Assembly (NCBI GenBank): GCA_963770895.1
Contig: CAVYRF010000002.1
Span: 3,520,001-3,584,000 of the forward strand
Source of the DNA: an uncultured Acidobacteriota bacterium
GTDB taxonomy: Bacteria; Acidobacteriota; Thermoanaerobaculia; Multivoradales; UBA5704
DNA length: 64,000 nucleotides
Direction: 5' to 3'
In this document: positions 52,116 through 61,859 of the stretch, in pieces
How positions within the stretch are numbered: the stretch's first letter is position 1
How the letters are laid out: every line of letters begins with the position of its first letter
Translations under genes and position numbers: made by a program
Notes under the pieces: model-generated
Seen by the model: the letters and a program-made list of their open reading frames with translations, nothing else
The model's database searches: none
What the model was told of the DNA's origin: nothing

Positions 52116-53776
52116 GGCGTCACCTCCAGCGCCGTGGCGCCGCTTTTTGAGGGGGGAGCCGCGGCGGCGGGTTTGGCGCTGCGCGTCGCCTCGATGGTGA
52201 AGCTGCCGCGCGGCCCGGAGCCGCTGCCGGTGGCATGGTCGCCCTCGATGTCGATCGACAGCGAAAAGGTGCCGGCGATGCCGAAGCCGCCGCCGTCGAA
52301 ATCCGCGTTCAGCGTGCTGCCCGAGATCTCCACCGACTGCAGCGTCGCCTTCTTGCCCATCAGTTCGATGTTGCCGGTGAGCTTGCCGGCCTTGCCGGCG
52401 ATTTCCATCGTCACCGTTTCCTCCATGCCCTCGGCGGCCTTGACCGTCATCTCCCAGGTGCCCGCCGGTTCCACCTCGACGGCGCCCGGCTTCGCCTCGT
52501 GGGTTTCGACCTTGTAGCGGTTGCCGTCCACCCAGACCTCGCGCAGCTTCGGCTTGGCGACGAACAGGTCGCCTTCGACGACGACCAGGTTGGCGATCTT
52601 GCCGGTTTCGATCGTGCCGAGCCGCCCGGACAGCCCGAGCAGCTGGGCCGGCGTGGTGGTCAGCGCCGCCAGCGCCTGCTCGGGGCGCAGGCCGCGCCGG
52701 ATCGCCAGCGCCAGGTTTTCGTACAGCTTCCTGGGGTCGTCCAGGCGATAGGTGGTGAAGGCCACCGGCAGCCCGGTGCCGAGCAGCAGCCGCGGGTTGT
52801 CGGGCGCCGCGTCCCAATGGCGCAGCGCTTCGAGGTCGGTCGTGGCATCGCCGTCGCCTTCGACCTTGGGCGCCTTGGGGAACGCCAGCGGCAGGATGTG
52901 GGTGAGACCGGTCCGCCGTACCGAGTCGAGGCGCTTGTACTCTTCGCCGTTGCCGACCACCATGGCGCGCAGCTTGAGCTCCCGCACCACCTTGGCGACG
53001 CGCAGGGTGTCCAGCACGTCTTCGGTTTCGAACACGATCAGGTCGCCGCCGCTGGCGACCCGCGCCAGCGTCGCCAGGGCGGGTTCCGCCGCCGGCCGCT
53101 CCTGCGCCGGGTTGCTGGCGTAGGCCGCCTGCGCCCTGCCGTACCAGGCGGCGTCGAGCATCGTCTGGCGGAAGAGCGCGATGGCGCCCATCGTCGACAC
53201 CGGGTAGGCGCCGCCGCCCGCTTCGCGCCGGCCGGCCGCCTTGAGCTGCGCGTGCTGGGCCACTCCCTGCCGCAGCAGGCTCTGCGCTTCGGCCCCGTCG
53301 CCCAGTTCCACCACGACGCTCGCGCCGCGCAGGATGCCGTCCTTGGGCGCCACCAGCGCCGCGCCGAAGCCGGCGTCGCGCAGCCGCTTGGCCGCCGCGT
53401 CGTCCACCGCCCAGGCGGTCATGTCGCGCTCGGGGTGGAGCTGGCCGTTGGGGAGGACGCCTTCGGGCTTTTTGTCGTCCTTCGCCTGCGGCCAGGCGCG
53501 GACGCTGTACGCCTCCACCAGGCCGGGGTAGATCGTCTTGCCCTTGACGTCCCAGACGTGCGCATCGGCCGGCACGTCGACCTTGGCGCCGACCGCCGCG
53601 ATCACGCCGTCGCGCACCACCACCGTGCCGGATTCGATCACCTTGCCGGGAGCCACCACGATCCGCCCGCCGACCAGGGCGTGTACGCGGGGCGGCTTGG
53701 CCCCATGCGCGCCGGCGGCGACCAGGAACCCGGCGCAGGCGGCCCCGACGACCCACACTTGCCACAGTTTTCGCAT
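52112..53776 (-). CDS. Secreted amidohydrolase-family protein lacking HxH, with a C-terminal beta domain
   Basis: GKTIYPGLVEAYS, YPVSTMGAIALFRQ, LAALTTTPAQLLG, GTIETGKIANLVV; C-terminal PAGTW...FTIEATR. Confidence 0.85.
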   Translation of the reverse strand: MRKLWQVWVVGAACAGFLVAAGAHGAKPPRVHALVGGRIVVAPGKVIESGTVVVRDGVIAAVGAKVDVPADAHVWDVKGKTIYPGLVEAYSVRAWPQAKDDKKPEGVLPNGQLHPERDMTAWAVDDAAAKRLRDAGFGAALVAPKDGILRGASVVVELGDGAEAQSLLRQGVAQHAQLKAAGRREAGGGAYPVSTMGAIALFRQTMLDAAWYGRAQAAYASNPAQERPAAEPALATLARVASGGDLIVFETEDVLDTLRVAKVVRELKLRAMVVGNGEEYKRLDSVRRTGLTHILPLAFPKAPKVEGDGDATTDLEALRHWDAAPDNPRLLLGTGLPVAFTTYRLDDPRKLYENLALAIRRGLRPEQALAALTTTPAQLLGLSGRLGTIETGKIANLVVVEGDLFVAKPKLREVWVDGNRYKVETHEAKPGAVEVEPAGTWEMTVKAAEGMEETVTMEIAGKAGKLTGNIELMGKKATLQSVEISGSTLNADFDGGGFGIAGTFSLSIDIEGDHATGSGSGPRGSFTIEATRSAKPAAAAPPSKSGATALEVTP

Positions 53777-53905
53777 GACACCTTCCCTTGGGAATGGAAC
53801 GCTTTGCAGCCCAATACGCTACGCCGGGCCAGAAGTTCCCGGCCGGGGGCCGTCGCCCCGGCGCAGAGCGGCAACCCCCCGAGGGGGCCAGCCGCGCGGC
53901 GCCCC

Positions 53906-54280
53906 TCAGGCGCCCGGCAGCCTGCGGCTGGCCGGGCGGAGCGCCCACGACCCGACCACGATCGCGACCAGGATCAGCGGCACCACGATATGGCGCACGT
54001 CGTCGCCTGACGCGATGTGCGATGCCGAGGCGCCGGTCAGATCGAAGACGATCCCCGCGTAAGCCCACTCCTTGAGCAGGGCGAAGCCCGGAGCCAGGAT
54101 CGCCAGAGCGCCCAGCAGCTTCCAGGCCCCCAGGATGACTCCGAAATACACCGGATATCCCAGGTGCGTCATACCCTCGACCGCCCCCGGCATGCGCATC
54201 ACGTCGACGATGCCGCCCGAAAGGCACGCCAGCGCGATCAGGATGGTACAGATCCAGTAGCCCACGGTTCTTCCGTTCAT
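53906..54280 (-). CDS. DoxX-like membrane protein
   Basis: YWICT, HLGYP.YF..ILG.WKLLG, LKEWAYAG..FDLTGA..SH; ATG 54280 after AGGGAG. Confidence 0.85.
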   Translation of the reverse strand: MNGRTVGYWICTILIALACLSGGIVDVMRMPGAVEGMTHLGYPVYFGVILGAWKLLGALAILAPGFALLKEWAYAGIVFDLTGASASHIASGDDVRHIVVPLILVAIVVGSWALRPASRRLPGA

Positions 54281-54296
54281 CTCCCTTGCCTTTCGC

Positions 54297-55058
54297 TCAA
54301 TCGGCCCCCTCGCGGCTGCCGGCGCCGCAGCGCTGGCGCAGCCAGTCAGAAACCTTGGAAAGCGGCGCCGGCGGCCCGCCGCCGATGCGGTACGCCACCT
54401 GGGCGCGCACGTTGTCGGTGCGCAGACCGACCGGTCCGTCAAAGCCCTGGATCGTCGCCGGCACCTGGCCTTCCCAGGCGATCGCGCCGTCGGCCCACAC
54501 CCGCAGCTCCCGGCCGACCAGCTCGGCGCGCAGGTCGTGGCTGGAACCGGCAGCGACCGGTGGCGGCGACGCCGCAGCGGCACCCCCAGGGCGGCGGCGC
54601 TGGGACTCCGGCTTGAGGTTGGTATAGCCGTGCGTGCCGCACTCGGCGTGCGTGCGCTGGCCGGGATTGCTCTTGACCGACACCACGATCTGGTCGCGCG
54701 GCTCGATCCGCCACATCACGTACAGCAGGTTGCAGCTGTCCTGCGCCCGCAGCTTGAGCCCGATCTGCCGCCGGATCTCGCCCGACCCCAGCGCCTTGGT
54801 CTGGACCGACGGTCCCAGATACGTGAACCGCATCTGCGCCGCCTGCGTCGAGTCGGCAAGGACCACCGCGCGGACCTCGGGCTCGTCGATGCCCAGCCGG
54901 TGATCCGCCAGCTGCGTCACCTCGCCCGTCGTCACGCACAGATCCTTGCGCTCGATCGTGCGCACCGCGCCGGACGCCGTTTCGGCGAGCCCCGTGGCCG
55001 CCAGCAACCAAGCCGCAATCAGCGCTGGTCTGCGATGTCTATGAGGTGCCTTTTTCAA
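54297..55058 (-). CDS. Hypothetical exported protein, possibly a lectin-like beta-sandwich
   Basis: Globular region from ERKDLCVTTG to DGPVGLRTDN preceded by a basic then hydrophobic signal-like segment; probable TTG start at 55058. Confidence 0.65.
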   Translation of the reverse strand: MKKAPHRHRRPALIAAWLLAATGLAETASGAVRTIERKDLCVTTGEVTQLADHRLGIDEPEVRAVVLADSTQAAQMRFTYLGPSVQTKALGSGEIRRQIGLKLRAQDSCNLLYVMWRIEPRDQIVVSVKSNPGQRTHAECGTHGYTNLKPESQRRRPGGAAAASPPPVAAGSSHDLRAELVGRELRVWADGAIAWEGQVPATIQGFDGPVGLRTDNVRAQVAYRIGGGPPAPLSKVSDWLRQRCGAGSREGAD

Positions 55059-55230
55059 GGGTCCTCGACCTCCCTGGAGTGGCCAGATGCCTTTGTCGAA
55101 GTTCTCTTTGGCAGATCCGACGGCTGCCTCATCCTCGCACGAGTTGTTGGCCCGCGCTTTGCTGTGTTTGGACATATTGGTCTGATGGAGCGTACATACT
55201 GGCAGACAAACGATGTGAAGGGAGGCTGAC

Positions 55231-57231
55231 ATGGGATTCAAGGTGCGGCGACTGCGTGCGATGGGGAAGCGGGGAGGGAGCACTTCGGTGGCGGGGCGGG
55301 GCCTGGCGGTGGTGGGACTGGTGATCGTGTTGGGGGTGCTGGCGGTGGGGCGGCCGGCGGCGGCGGGGGCCAGCTGGCAGGCGATAGGACCGAGCGGTGG
55401 GAGCGCTGCGTTGACGATCGATCCGTCGACGCCGGCGACCTTGTATGCGTCGACCGACACGCGTCTTTTCAAGACGGTGGACGGCGGGCAGACGTGGTTC
55501 CCCAGCGACGCCGGGATCGCCCCTTCGTCGTTTGTCGGCACGGTGACGGTCGATCCGGCGGCGACATCGACGATCTATGTCGTCACCGGCTCCGGGGTAT
55601 GGCGGAGCGCCGACGGCGGCGCTGATTGGAAGCGCTTGCGCGGCGCTCCCGCGAACGTGTCGTCGTTCGGCTTGATCGTCGACCCGGCGGCGCATCTGAC
55701 GCTGTATGTCGGCGCCGCCAACCAGGTGTGGAAGAGCGTCGACGGGGGGGTGACCTGGGCTCCGGCCGGCGCCGCGCTGCCGGCCAGCGCCAGCATCGAT
55801 ATCCTGGCGATCGATCCGCTGCGGCCGGCACTGCTGTATGCCGGCACCGACGTGGGGCTGTTCCGCAGCACCAACGGCGGCGCCACCTGGGTGGCCGCGC
55901 GCTCCGGCATCAGCTCGTCGCAGGCTGTGCTGTTTCTGACCGTCGACCCCTACGCGGAGGGTTTGCTGTGGACAGGCGTCCAGTCGGCCAACCCCGCCCT
56001 GGGCGGCATCTACGTGAGTCACAACAGCGGCGCCACCTGGCAGCGCGTGGCAGGGCTGAGCGACGACGCCTCTTGCCTCACGGTCTCGCCCGCCAAGGGG
56101 CATCCGCTGTATGCGTGCGACGACGGCGGCGTGGTGAAGTCGACCAACAGCGGCACCACCTGGCAGGCCATCAGCACGGGGCTCACCGCCGGTGACTTCG
56201 AGTCCGTCGTGGTGAACCCCGCCTCACCCAGCGTGCTTTACGCCGGCGCGGCCTCGACCGGCAGCCCCGCGGTGTTCAAGAGCGCAAACGGCGGCGCCTT
56301 GTGGCAGAGCTCCGGAGTGGGGATCTACGCCCAGACCATCACCGCCCTGGCCGCGGATCCGGCCGCCGCCGGAACGGTCTATGCCGGGACCCCTGGGTCG
56401 TCGGTGTTCAAAACGACGGACGACGGCGCCACCTGGAACAACGCCAATCCGGGCCTCAACGGCATCTCCATCCTGGCGCTGCTGGTCGACCCGGTGACCT
56501 CCACGACGGTCTACGCCGTCACCAACCGTGCCTTCTTCGCCTCCACCGACAGCGGTGCCAGCTGGGTGCGGCCCGGCGCGCGATTTGCGGCTGGCCGGCT
56601 GCTGGTTGCCGACCCTCAGGCCTCCGGAGTGCTCTATGCCACCAACGGCGCCCTGAGCCGTACGACGGACGGTGGCGCCGTGTGGACGCCGCTTGCCGCC
56701 GCGCCTTCCTTTGCCTCCCAGCTGGCGGTCGCCCCCTCGGACCCGGCTACCCTCTATGTCACCACGCTGGTGACCGTTGGCGAGTTCCCGATGTCGGCCC
56801 TGTACGTCAGCCATGACGGCGGAGCGACCTTTCTGCAGCTGCCCACCGTGTTCATCTTCGCGGTTGCCGTCACGGTCGATCCCGTCGATCCTTCCACTGT
56901 CTACGTCAGCACCGGAGCCACGCCCATCAGTGGCAGCGGCGCGGTCTATAAAAGCGTCGACGGCGGACAGACCTTCAGCGAGCTGACCGGCATCCCGCAG
57001 CTGGCGCAGCTGCTGATCGATCCCGCCAACCCCTCGGTGCTCTATGGCGCCACCGCCACCCTGCCCTCGGACGTGCTGGTCAGCCGCGACGCCGGCGCCA
57101 CCTGGGGCGAGCTGGCGCCCGGCCTCTCAGGCGCCCCCGTCGGACAGCTGGCCTTCGGCCCGCCGGGCACGCTGTACGCCGGGACCCAGGGCGCCAGCGT
57201 CTACCAGCTGGCGCTCGACCCGGCCCCGTAG
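55231..57231 (+). CDS. Secreted BNR/Asp-box repeat (VPS10/YCF48-like) beta-propeller protein
   Basis: Many DP..P..LYA.....(K/R)S.DGG.TW repeats; GGAGG RBS; hydrophobic signal. Confidence 0.88.
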   Translation: MGFKVRRLRAMGKRGGSTSVAGRGLAVVGLVIVLGVLAVGRPAAAGASWQAIGPSGGSAALTIDPSTPATLYASTDTRLFKTVDGGQTWFPSDAGIAPSSFVGTVTVDPAATSTIYVVTGSGVWRSADGGADWKRLRGAPANVSSFGLIVDPAAHLTLYVGAANQVWKSVDGGVTWAPAGAALPASASIDILAIDPLRPALLYAGTDVGLFRSTNGGATWVAARSGISSSQAVLFLTVDPYAEGLLWTGVQSANPALGGIYVSHNSGATWQRVAGLSDDASCLTVSPAKGHPLYACDDGGVVKSTNSGTTWQAISTGLTAGDFESVVVNPASPSVLYAGAASTGSPAVFKSANGGALWQSSGVGIYAQTITALAADPAAAGTVYAGTPGSSVFKTTDDGATWNNANPGLNGISILALLVDPVTSTTVYAVTNRAFFASTDSGASWVRPGARFAAGRLLVADPQASGVLYATNGALSRTTDGGAVWTPLAAAPSFASQLAVAPSDPATLYVTTLVTVGEFPMSALYVSHDGGATFLQLPTVFIFAVAVTVDPVDPSTVYVSTGATPISGSGAVYKSVDGGQTFSELTGIPQLAQLLIDPANPSVLYGATATLPSDVLVSRDAGATWGELAPGLSGAPVGQLAFGPPGTLYAGTQGASVYQLALDPAP

Positions 57232-57295
57232 GGGCACAAATGCGGGACGCGGACCTGCCGGGGCCGGGTCGGAACACGTCGGCACAGCCGCTTCG

Positions 57296-57685
57296 CTAGT
57301 TGACCAAGGCGAAGCGGCCGGGGCCGGTCAGCAGGAGGAGCAGGCACATGACGAGCAGCATCAGCTCGTAGTGCCAGCCGTCGGTGCCTTGCTTGCCCCA
57401 GAAGCCGGTCTTCCACACCATCGCCTTCTTCTGGATGGCGCCGAGCATGATGAGGATGAGGCCGCCGGCGGCGAGCTGGGTCAGCACCCCAAAGGCCAGA
57501 CCCAGCGCGCCCGCCAGCTCCGCGGCGCCCAGGAAGAGCGTGAAGCCCTTGCTCATGCCGATGCTCTGCGCCCGGCCCGCGGGGTCCTTCACGTGCTTCC
57601 AGCCGCTGGCGCCAAAGATCACTGCCGCCAGCAGCCGCATCGCCAACAGTCCAAAATCCGTGTACGCTGCCAATTGCGGAAACAT
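57296..57685 (-). CDS. DoxX-family membrane protein
   Basis: LLAMRLL..VIF.ASGW.H, AELAGALGL.FG.LTQLAA, GWHYELM, GPGRFAL; ATG 57685 after GGAGG. Confidence 0.85.
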   Translation of the reverse strand: MFPQLAAYTDFGLLAMRLLAAVIFGASGWKHVKDPAGRAQSIGMSKGFTLFLGAAELAGALGLAFGVLTQLAAGGLILIMLGAIQKKAMVWKTGFWGKQGTDGWHYELMLLVMCLLLLLTGPGRFALVN

Positions 57686-57866
57686 GATGCCTCCCTCCCT
57701 TGCGGCCGGGCGGCAGGCGCCGCCCCTCCACGGCCCGCGGGCTCCGGGACCAGTCCCGCCGCGCGGCGGCTGGATCATGACGCAATGATGGTGCCGATTC
57801 CCTGTTTTCGCGAGCAGCCGTCAACGGCTGCGACGTGGGCTGCGCGCCGGCGCGGCCGGAGGCACG

Positions 57867-60320
57867 ATGGACCGATGGATGCTCGATCTGCGATGGGCTT
57901 TGCGCACGCTGCGCCGCAACCCCGCCCCCAGCGCGGTGGTGGTGCTGTCGCTGGCGCTGGCGATCGGCGGCGTCACGGCGGTGTTCAGCTTCGTCAACGG
58001 CGTCCTGCTGCGGCCGCTGGCCGGCCGCGGCATCGATCGGGTGGTGCGGGTGCGGGAAGATTGGGCGGCGCCGGGCCAGGACCCGGTGCTGCGCGGCGTC
58101 GACGTCACGACGTTTGAGCGCTGGCGGCAGGACAACCGGGTGTTCACGGGCCTGGCGGCGGGTCACTACCTGCGGCAGAGCCTGACCGGCGACGGCGAGG
58201 CGCTGGCGCTGGCCGGCGCGGAAACCAGCGCCAACTTCTTCCAGGTATTGGGCGTGCGGCCGCTTCTGGGGCGCGGCTTCGTGCCCGAAGAGGAGCGGCC
58301 CGGCCACAATCCGACGGCGATCCTGGGCGAAGACCTGTGGCGCCGGCGCTTCGGCGCCGACCCGCGGATCCTGGGCCGCACGCTACGGCTCAATGGCGTC
58401 CAGCGACAGGTCGTGGGGGTGATGCCGCATGGGTTCCGGCATCCCTACATGGCGCAGGTCTGGGTGCCGCTGGTCCTGGACGAGCCGGCGCGCCAGCGCA
58501 TCGGCAACACCCTGTACGTGCCGGCCCGCCTGGCGCCCGGCGTCGGCCTGGCGCGCGCCGAACGCGAGATGGCGGATCTGACTTCCCGCTTGCAGCAACA
58601 GGGTCAGCTGCCGCCGGGGCCGCGCGGCGCGCGGCTGGTCGGCCTGCGCCAGGAGCTGCTGCGCAACCTGGATTCGCTGCTGCTGTCGCTGCTGGCGGGG
58701 GCGCTGTTCGTGCTGCTGATCGCCTGCGCCAACGTCGCCAACCTGCTGCTGGCGCAGAGCCAGCGGCTGGCCGCCGAGATGGCGGTGCGGGTCGCCCTGG
58801 GCGCCGGCGGCCGCGGCCTCATCGGTCCGTTCGTGGCGCAGAGCGTGCTGCTGGCGCTGCTCGGCGGCGGGCTGGGCGTCGTGCTGGCGACCGCGAGCAT
58901 GGCGCCGATCCTTGCCCTGAGCCCGATCTCGGCGGTGTCCATTTCCGAGCTGGGCACCGAGGTGCGGCTGGATCTGCCCACGCTCGGCTTCACCGTCGCG
59001 ATCACCCTGGCGGTGGGCCTGGCGCTCGGCCTGGTGCCGGCGTTGCGGGCATGGCGCGTGGCGCCGCACGACGCCCTGCGCGGCGGCGGCCGCGTGGCGG
59101 GGCTGGGCCGCTCCGGCCGCCTCTTCACCAGCGGGCTGGTGGTGGCCGAAGTGGCGATCGCTGCGGTGCTGCTGGCCGGCGGCGACCTGGTGGCGCGCAG
59201 CTTCGTGCGGCTGGCCGGCACGCCCTGGGGCCTGCGGCCGCAGGGGCTGCTGACGCTCGACATCAACCTGCAGGCGGCGCGCTACGCCGACCAGGCGGCG
59301 CGGGCGCGCTTTGTCGAGGCGGCGGTGGCGCGGGTGCGGGCGCTGCCCGGCGTGGTGGACGCCGGCGCCACCTCGGTGCAGCCGTTCGACGACTCGGTGG
59401 ACACCTTCAACTTCAACGTGCCCGGCCAGCCGGCGCCCGATCCGCCGGGCGCCTACAGCACCTTCCATCGCGTCATCACCCCCGGCTACCTGCAGACCAT
59501 GGGGATTCGCCTCCTCGCCGGGCGCGCCTTCACCGCGCACGACGACCCGCGGCTGGGCGGCGGCCGCGTCGTCATCATCAGCCGCTCCTTTGCCGAGCGC
59601 TTCTGGCCGGGGCGCAGCCCGCTCGGCATGCGCCTGCGCGCCGACCATCTGGCGCCGGGTTCGCCGTGGCTGACGGTGGTGGGCGTGGCGGCGGACCTGC
59701 CGGTTGAAACCAGCGATCCCTATCTCAACCTCAACGGCGTCAAGACCACCTGGTACGTGCCCGCCGCCCTGGCCGACTTCGATTCGTTCACGCTGGTCGT
59801 GCGCACCCTGCCACGGCCGCAAAGCCTGGCCTCGGCGGTGCGCGGCGCGCTGCGCGAGCTGGATCGCGACCAGCCGGTGACGCGGATCGCCACCATGGAC
59901 CAACGCATCGACGCCTACCTGAGCCGCCAACGCTTCAGTGCCCTGCTGTACGGTGCGTTCGGCCTGCTGGGCCTGCTGCTGGCCTTCGCCGGCATCTACG
60001 GCGTGATGTCGTTCCTGGTCGGCCAGCGGCGGCGCGAGATCGGCGTCCGCATGGCGCTGGGCGCGCGGCCCACCGAGATCCGCAACATGGTGCTGCGCCA
60101 GGCCGCATCGGTGGCGCTGGCCGGCCTGCTGGTGGGGCTTGGCGCGGCGCTGGCGTTGCAGCGCGTGCTGGCGGCCCTGCTGCCGGACGTCGGCACCCTG
60201 GACGCCGCGGTGCTGGGTTTTGTCACCCTGGTGGTGGCCACCGCGGCCCTTGCCGCCGCCTACCTTCCGGCCATCCGCGCCGCGGAGCTCGACCCGATGC
60301 GGGTGCTGCGGCAAGGCTGA
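57867..60320 (+). CDS. ADOP-family (duplicated MacB-like) ABC permease, with no ATPase gene alongside
   Basis: DLRWALRTLRRNP, LALAIG..TAVFS.VNGVLLRPL, LLIACANVANLLL, GIYGVMSF.V.QRRREIG.RMALGA, PA.RAA.LDPM..LR. Confidence 0.92.
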   Translation: MDRWMLDLRWALRTLRRNPAPSAVVVLSLALAIGGVTAVFSFVNGVLLRPLAGRGIDRVVRVREDWAAPGQDPVLRGVDVTTFERWRQDNRVFTGLAAGHYLRQSLTGDGEALALAGAETSANFFQVLGVRPLLGRGFVPEEERPGHNPTAILGEDLWRRRFGADPRILGRTLRLNGVQRQVVGVMPHGFRHPYMAQVWVPLVLDEPARQRIGNTLYVPARLAPGVGLARAEREMADLTSRLQQQGQLPPGPRGARLVGLRQELLRNLDSLLLSLLAGALFVLLIACANVANLLLAQSQRLAAEMAVRVALGAGGRGLIGPFVAQSVLLALLGGGLGVVLATASMAPILALSPISAVSISELGTEVRLDLPTLGFTVAITLAVGLALGLVPALRAWRVAPHDALRGGGRVAGLGRSGRLFTSGLVVAEVAIAAVLLAGGDLVARSFVRLAGTPWGLRPQGLLTLDINLQAARYADQAARARFVEAAVARVRALPGVVDAGATSVQPFDDSVDTFNFNVPGQPAPDPPGAYSTFHRVITPGYLQTMGIRLLAGRAFTAHDDPRLGGGRVVIISRSFAERFWPGRSPLGMRLRADHLAPGSPWLTVVGVAADLPVETSDPYLNLNGVKTTWYVPAALADFDSFTLVVRTLPRPQSLASAVRGALRELDRDQPVTRIATMDQRIDAYLSRQRFSALLYGAFGLLGLLLAFAGIYGVMSFLVGQRRREIGVRMALGARPTEIRNMVLRQAASVALAGLLVGLGAALALQRVLAALLPDVGTLDAAVLGFVTLVVATAALAAAYLPAIRAAELDPMRVLRQG

Positions 60321-60343
60321 GCCCTCGCCGCGGGCGCGGGCGG

Positions 60344-60784
60344 CTACGGCCGCGGCGCCGGCTGGGCGCCCGCCGCCGCGGCCGGCGCGTCGGGCGCCAT
60401 CGCCTGCGGGTGCGGACGGGCGGTTGGCGCGCGGGACGGCAGGTCGCAGGTTTGCGTGGGCAGCGCGCCGATCTGTTGCATGTGCCGGGTGCCCCAGTCG
60501 CACAGGGGCTTGAGGCTGACGGCGAGCGAGCGGCCGAAGTCGCTCAGGCTGTATTCGACGCGCGGCGGCACTTGGTGGAAGTCGTGCCGCACGACGATGC
60601 GGTCCAGCTCCATGCCACGCAGCGTCTGGGCCAGCATCTTCTCGCTGATGCCGGCGACCCGCCGGCGCAGCTCGCCGAAGCGCGCCGCCTCCTGGGCAAG
60701 GGTCCAGAGGATCATCGACTTCCACTTGCCGCCGATGACGGCCAGCGAAGCTTCCAGTCCGCAGCTGTAGGTTTTTTCGGCCAT
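60344..60784 (-). CDS. HxlR-family winged-helix transcriptional regulator
   Basis: CGLEASLAVIGGKWK, RFGELRR...GISEKML, PPRVEYSL. Confidence 0.92.
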   Translation of the reverse strand: MAEKTYSCGLEASLAVIGGKWKSMILWTLAQEAARFGELRRRVAGISEKMLAQTLRGMELDRIVVRHDFHQVPPRVEYSLSDFGRSLAVSLKPLCDWGTRHMQQIGALPTQTCDLPSRAPTARPHPQAMAPDAPAAAAGAQPAPRP

Positions 60785-60816
60785 CGCGATCTCCGTTGCC
60801 CGCTGGCGACGATCAA

Positions 60817-60866
60817 TACTTACAAAAAGGTGGGTACTTGTCAATTGGGAAGTGTGCGCCTAGCGT
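60817..60866. promoter_or_regulatory. Divergent promoter/operator region of the HxlR/SDR pair
   Basis: Plus strand TTGTCA (60838), 17 nt, TAGCGT (60861); TTGACA on the minus strand (60844-60839); imperfect palindrome TACTTAC-N6-GTGGGTA (60817-60836). Confidence 0.5.
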
Positions 60867-60964
60867 GGAAGTTGCCGGCGATTGGCGCCGGCCATGGGGC
60901 GCCCGGAACGACCACGACACGCTACCTGCCGGGCCCCTGCATCGACGCCGTGGAAAAGGGAATC

Positions 60965-61696
60965 ATGGGCAAGTTGGATGGGAAGATCGCAGTCATCACC
61001 GGCGGCAGCTCCGGTATCGGCCTGGCCGCCGCCAAGCGCTTTGTCGCCGAAGGCGCTTACGTCTTCATCACCGGCCGTCGCCGCGCCGAGCTGGACGCCG
61101 CGGTGCGCGACATCGGCAGCAACGTCACCGCCGTCCAGGGCGACGTCGCCAACCTGGCCGACCTGGATCGTCTATTCGCAACCGTCAAGACCGACAAGGG
61201 GCGCATCGACGTCCTGTTTGCCAACGCTGGCGGCGGCGAATGGATGCCTTTTGAAAGCATCACCGAGGAGTACTTCGGCAAGATTTTTGACAACAACCTC
61301 AAGGGCACGGTCTTCGCCGTGCAGAAGGCCCTGCCGCTGCTCGGCCCCGGCTCCTCGGTCATCATGACCGGCTCGATCGCCGGCGTGAAAGCCGTGCCGA
61401 GCGCTTCGGTGTACAGCGCCACGAAGGCCGCCCTGCGCTCCTTCGCCCGCAGCTGGACCCTGGAGCTGAAAGGCAGGGGCATCCGCTTCAACGTGCTCAG
61501 CCCCGGCCCGGTCAACACCCCGGCCCTGGCCCCCCTCCCCGCCGAGGTGATCGCGCAGCTGGTCGCCACCGTCCCCATGGGCCGCATCGGCGAAGTCGAC
61601 GAGATCGCCAAGGCCGCCGTCTTCCTGGCCTCCGACGATTCCAGCTTCGTCAGCGGCGCCGAGCTCTACGCCGACGGCGGCACCGCCCAGGTGTGA
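60965..61696 (+). CDS. Short-chain dehydrogenase/reductase
   Basis: TGGSSGIG, DVLFANAG, YSATKAA (YxxxK), SPGP, SSFVSGAEL.ADGG. Confidence 0.93.
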   Translation: MGKLDGKIAVITGGSSGIGLAAAKRFVAEGAYVFITGRRRAELDAAVRDIGSNVTAVQGDVANLADLDRLFATVKTDKGRIDVLFANAGGGEWMPFESITEEYFGKIFDNNLKGTVFAVQKALPLLGPGSSVIMTGSIAGVKAVPSASVYSATKAALRSFARSWTLELKGRGIRFNVLSPGPVNTPALAPLPAEVIAQLVATVPMGRIGEVDEIAKAAVFLASDDSSFVSGAELYADGGTAQV

Positions 61697-61777
61697 CCCG
61701 CGGCTCCTGCGCGCCGGTCCGCCGGCCAGGGGCTCTGGCCGGCGGCGCCGGCGGGGCGGACCGGCACCCAAAACGAC

Positions 61778-61815
61778 CCGGCCCGCGCCCTCCCTTTGGA
61801 GAGGGCGCGGGCCGG
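61778..61815. terminator. Perfect 15-bp stem-loop between convergent genes (probable bidirectional terminator)
   Basis: ccggcccgcgccctc-cctttgga-gagggcgcgggccgg. Confidence 0.7.
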
Positions 61816-61859
61816 CGTTGGTTGTAAGGCTGGTTGCTGAGTGCGGCGGGCTGATGGGG

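Noticed and set aside
50568-54227. 1219-aa ORF suggesting one giant amidohydrolase fusion
   Set aside because: The first ~700 aa are an off-frame reading of 52112-53776 and the DoxX gene; the real gene starts at 52115.
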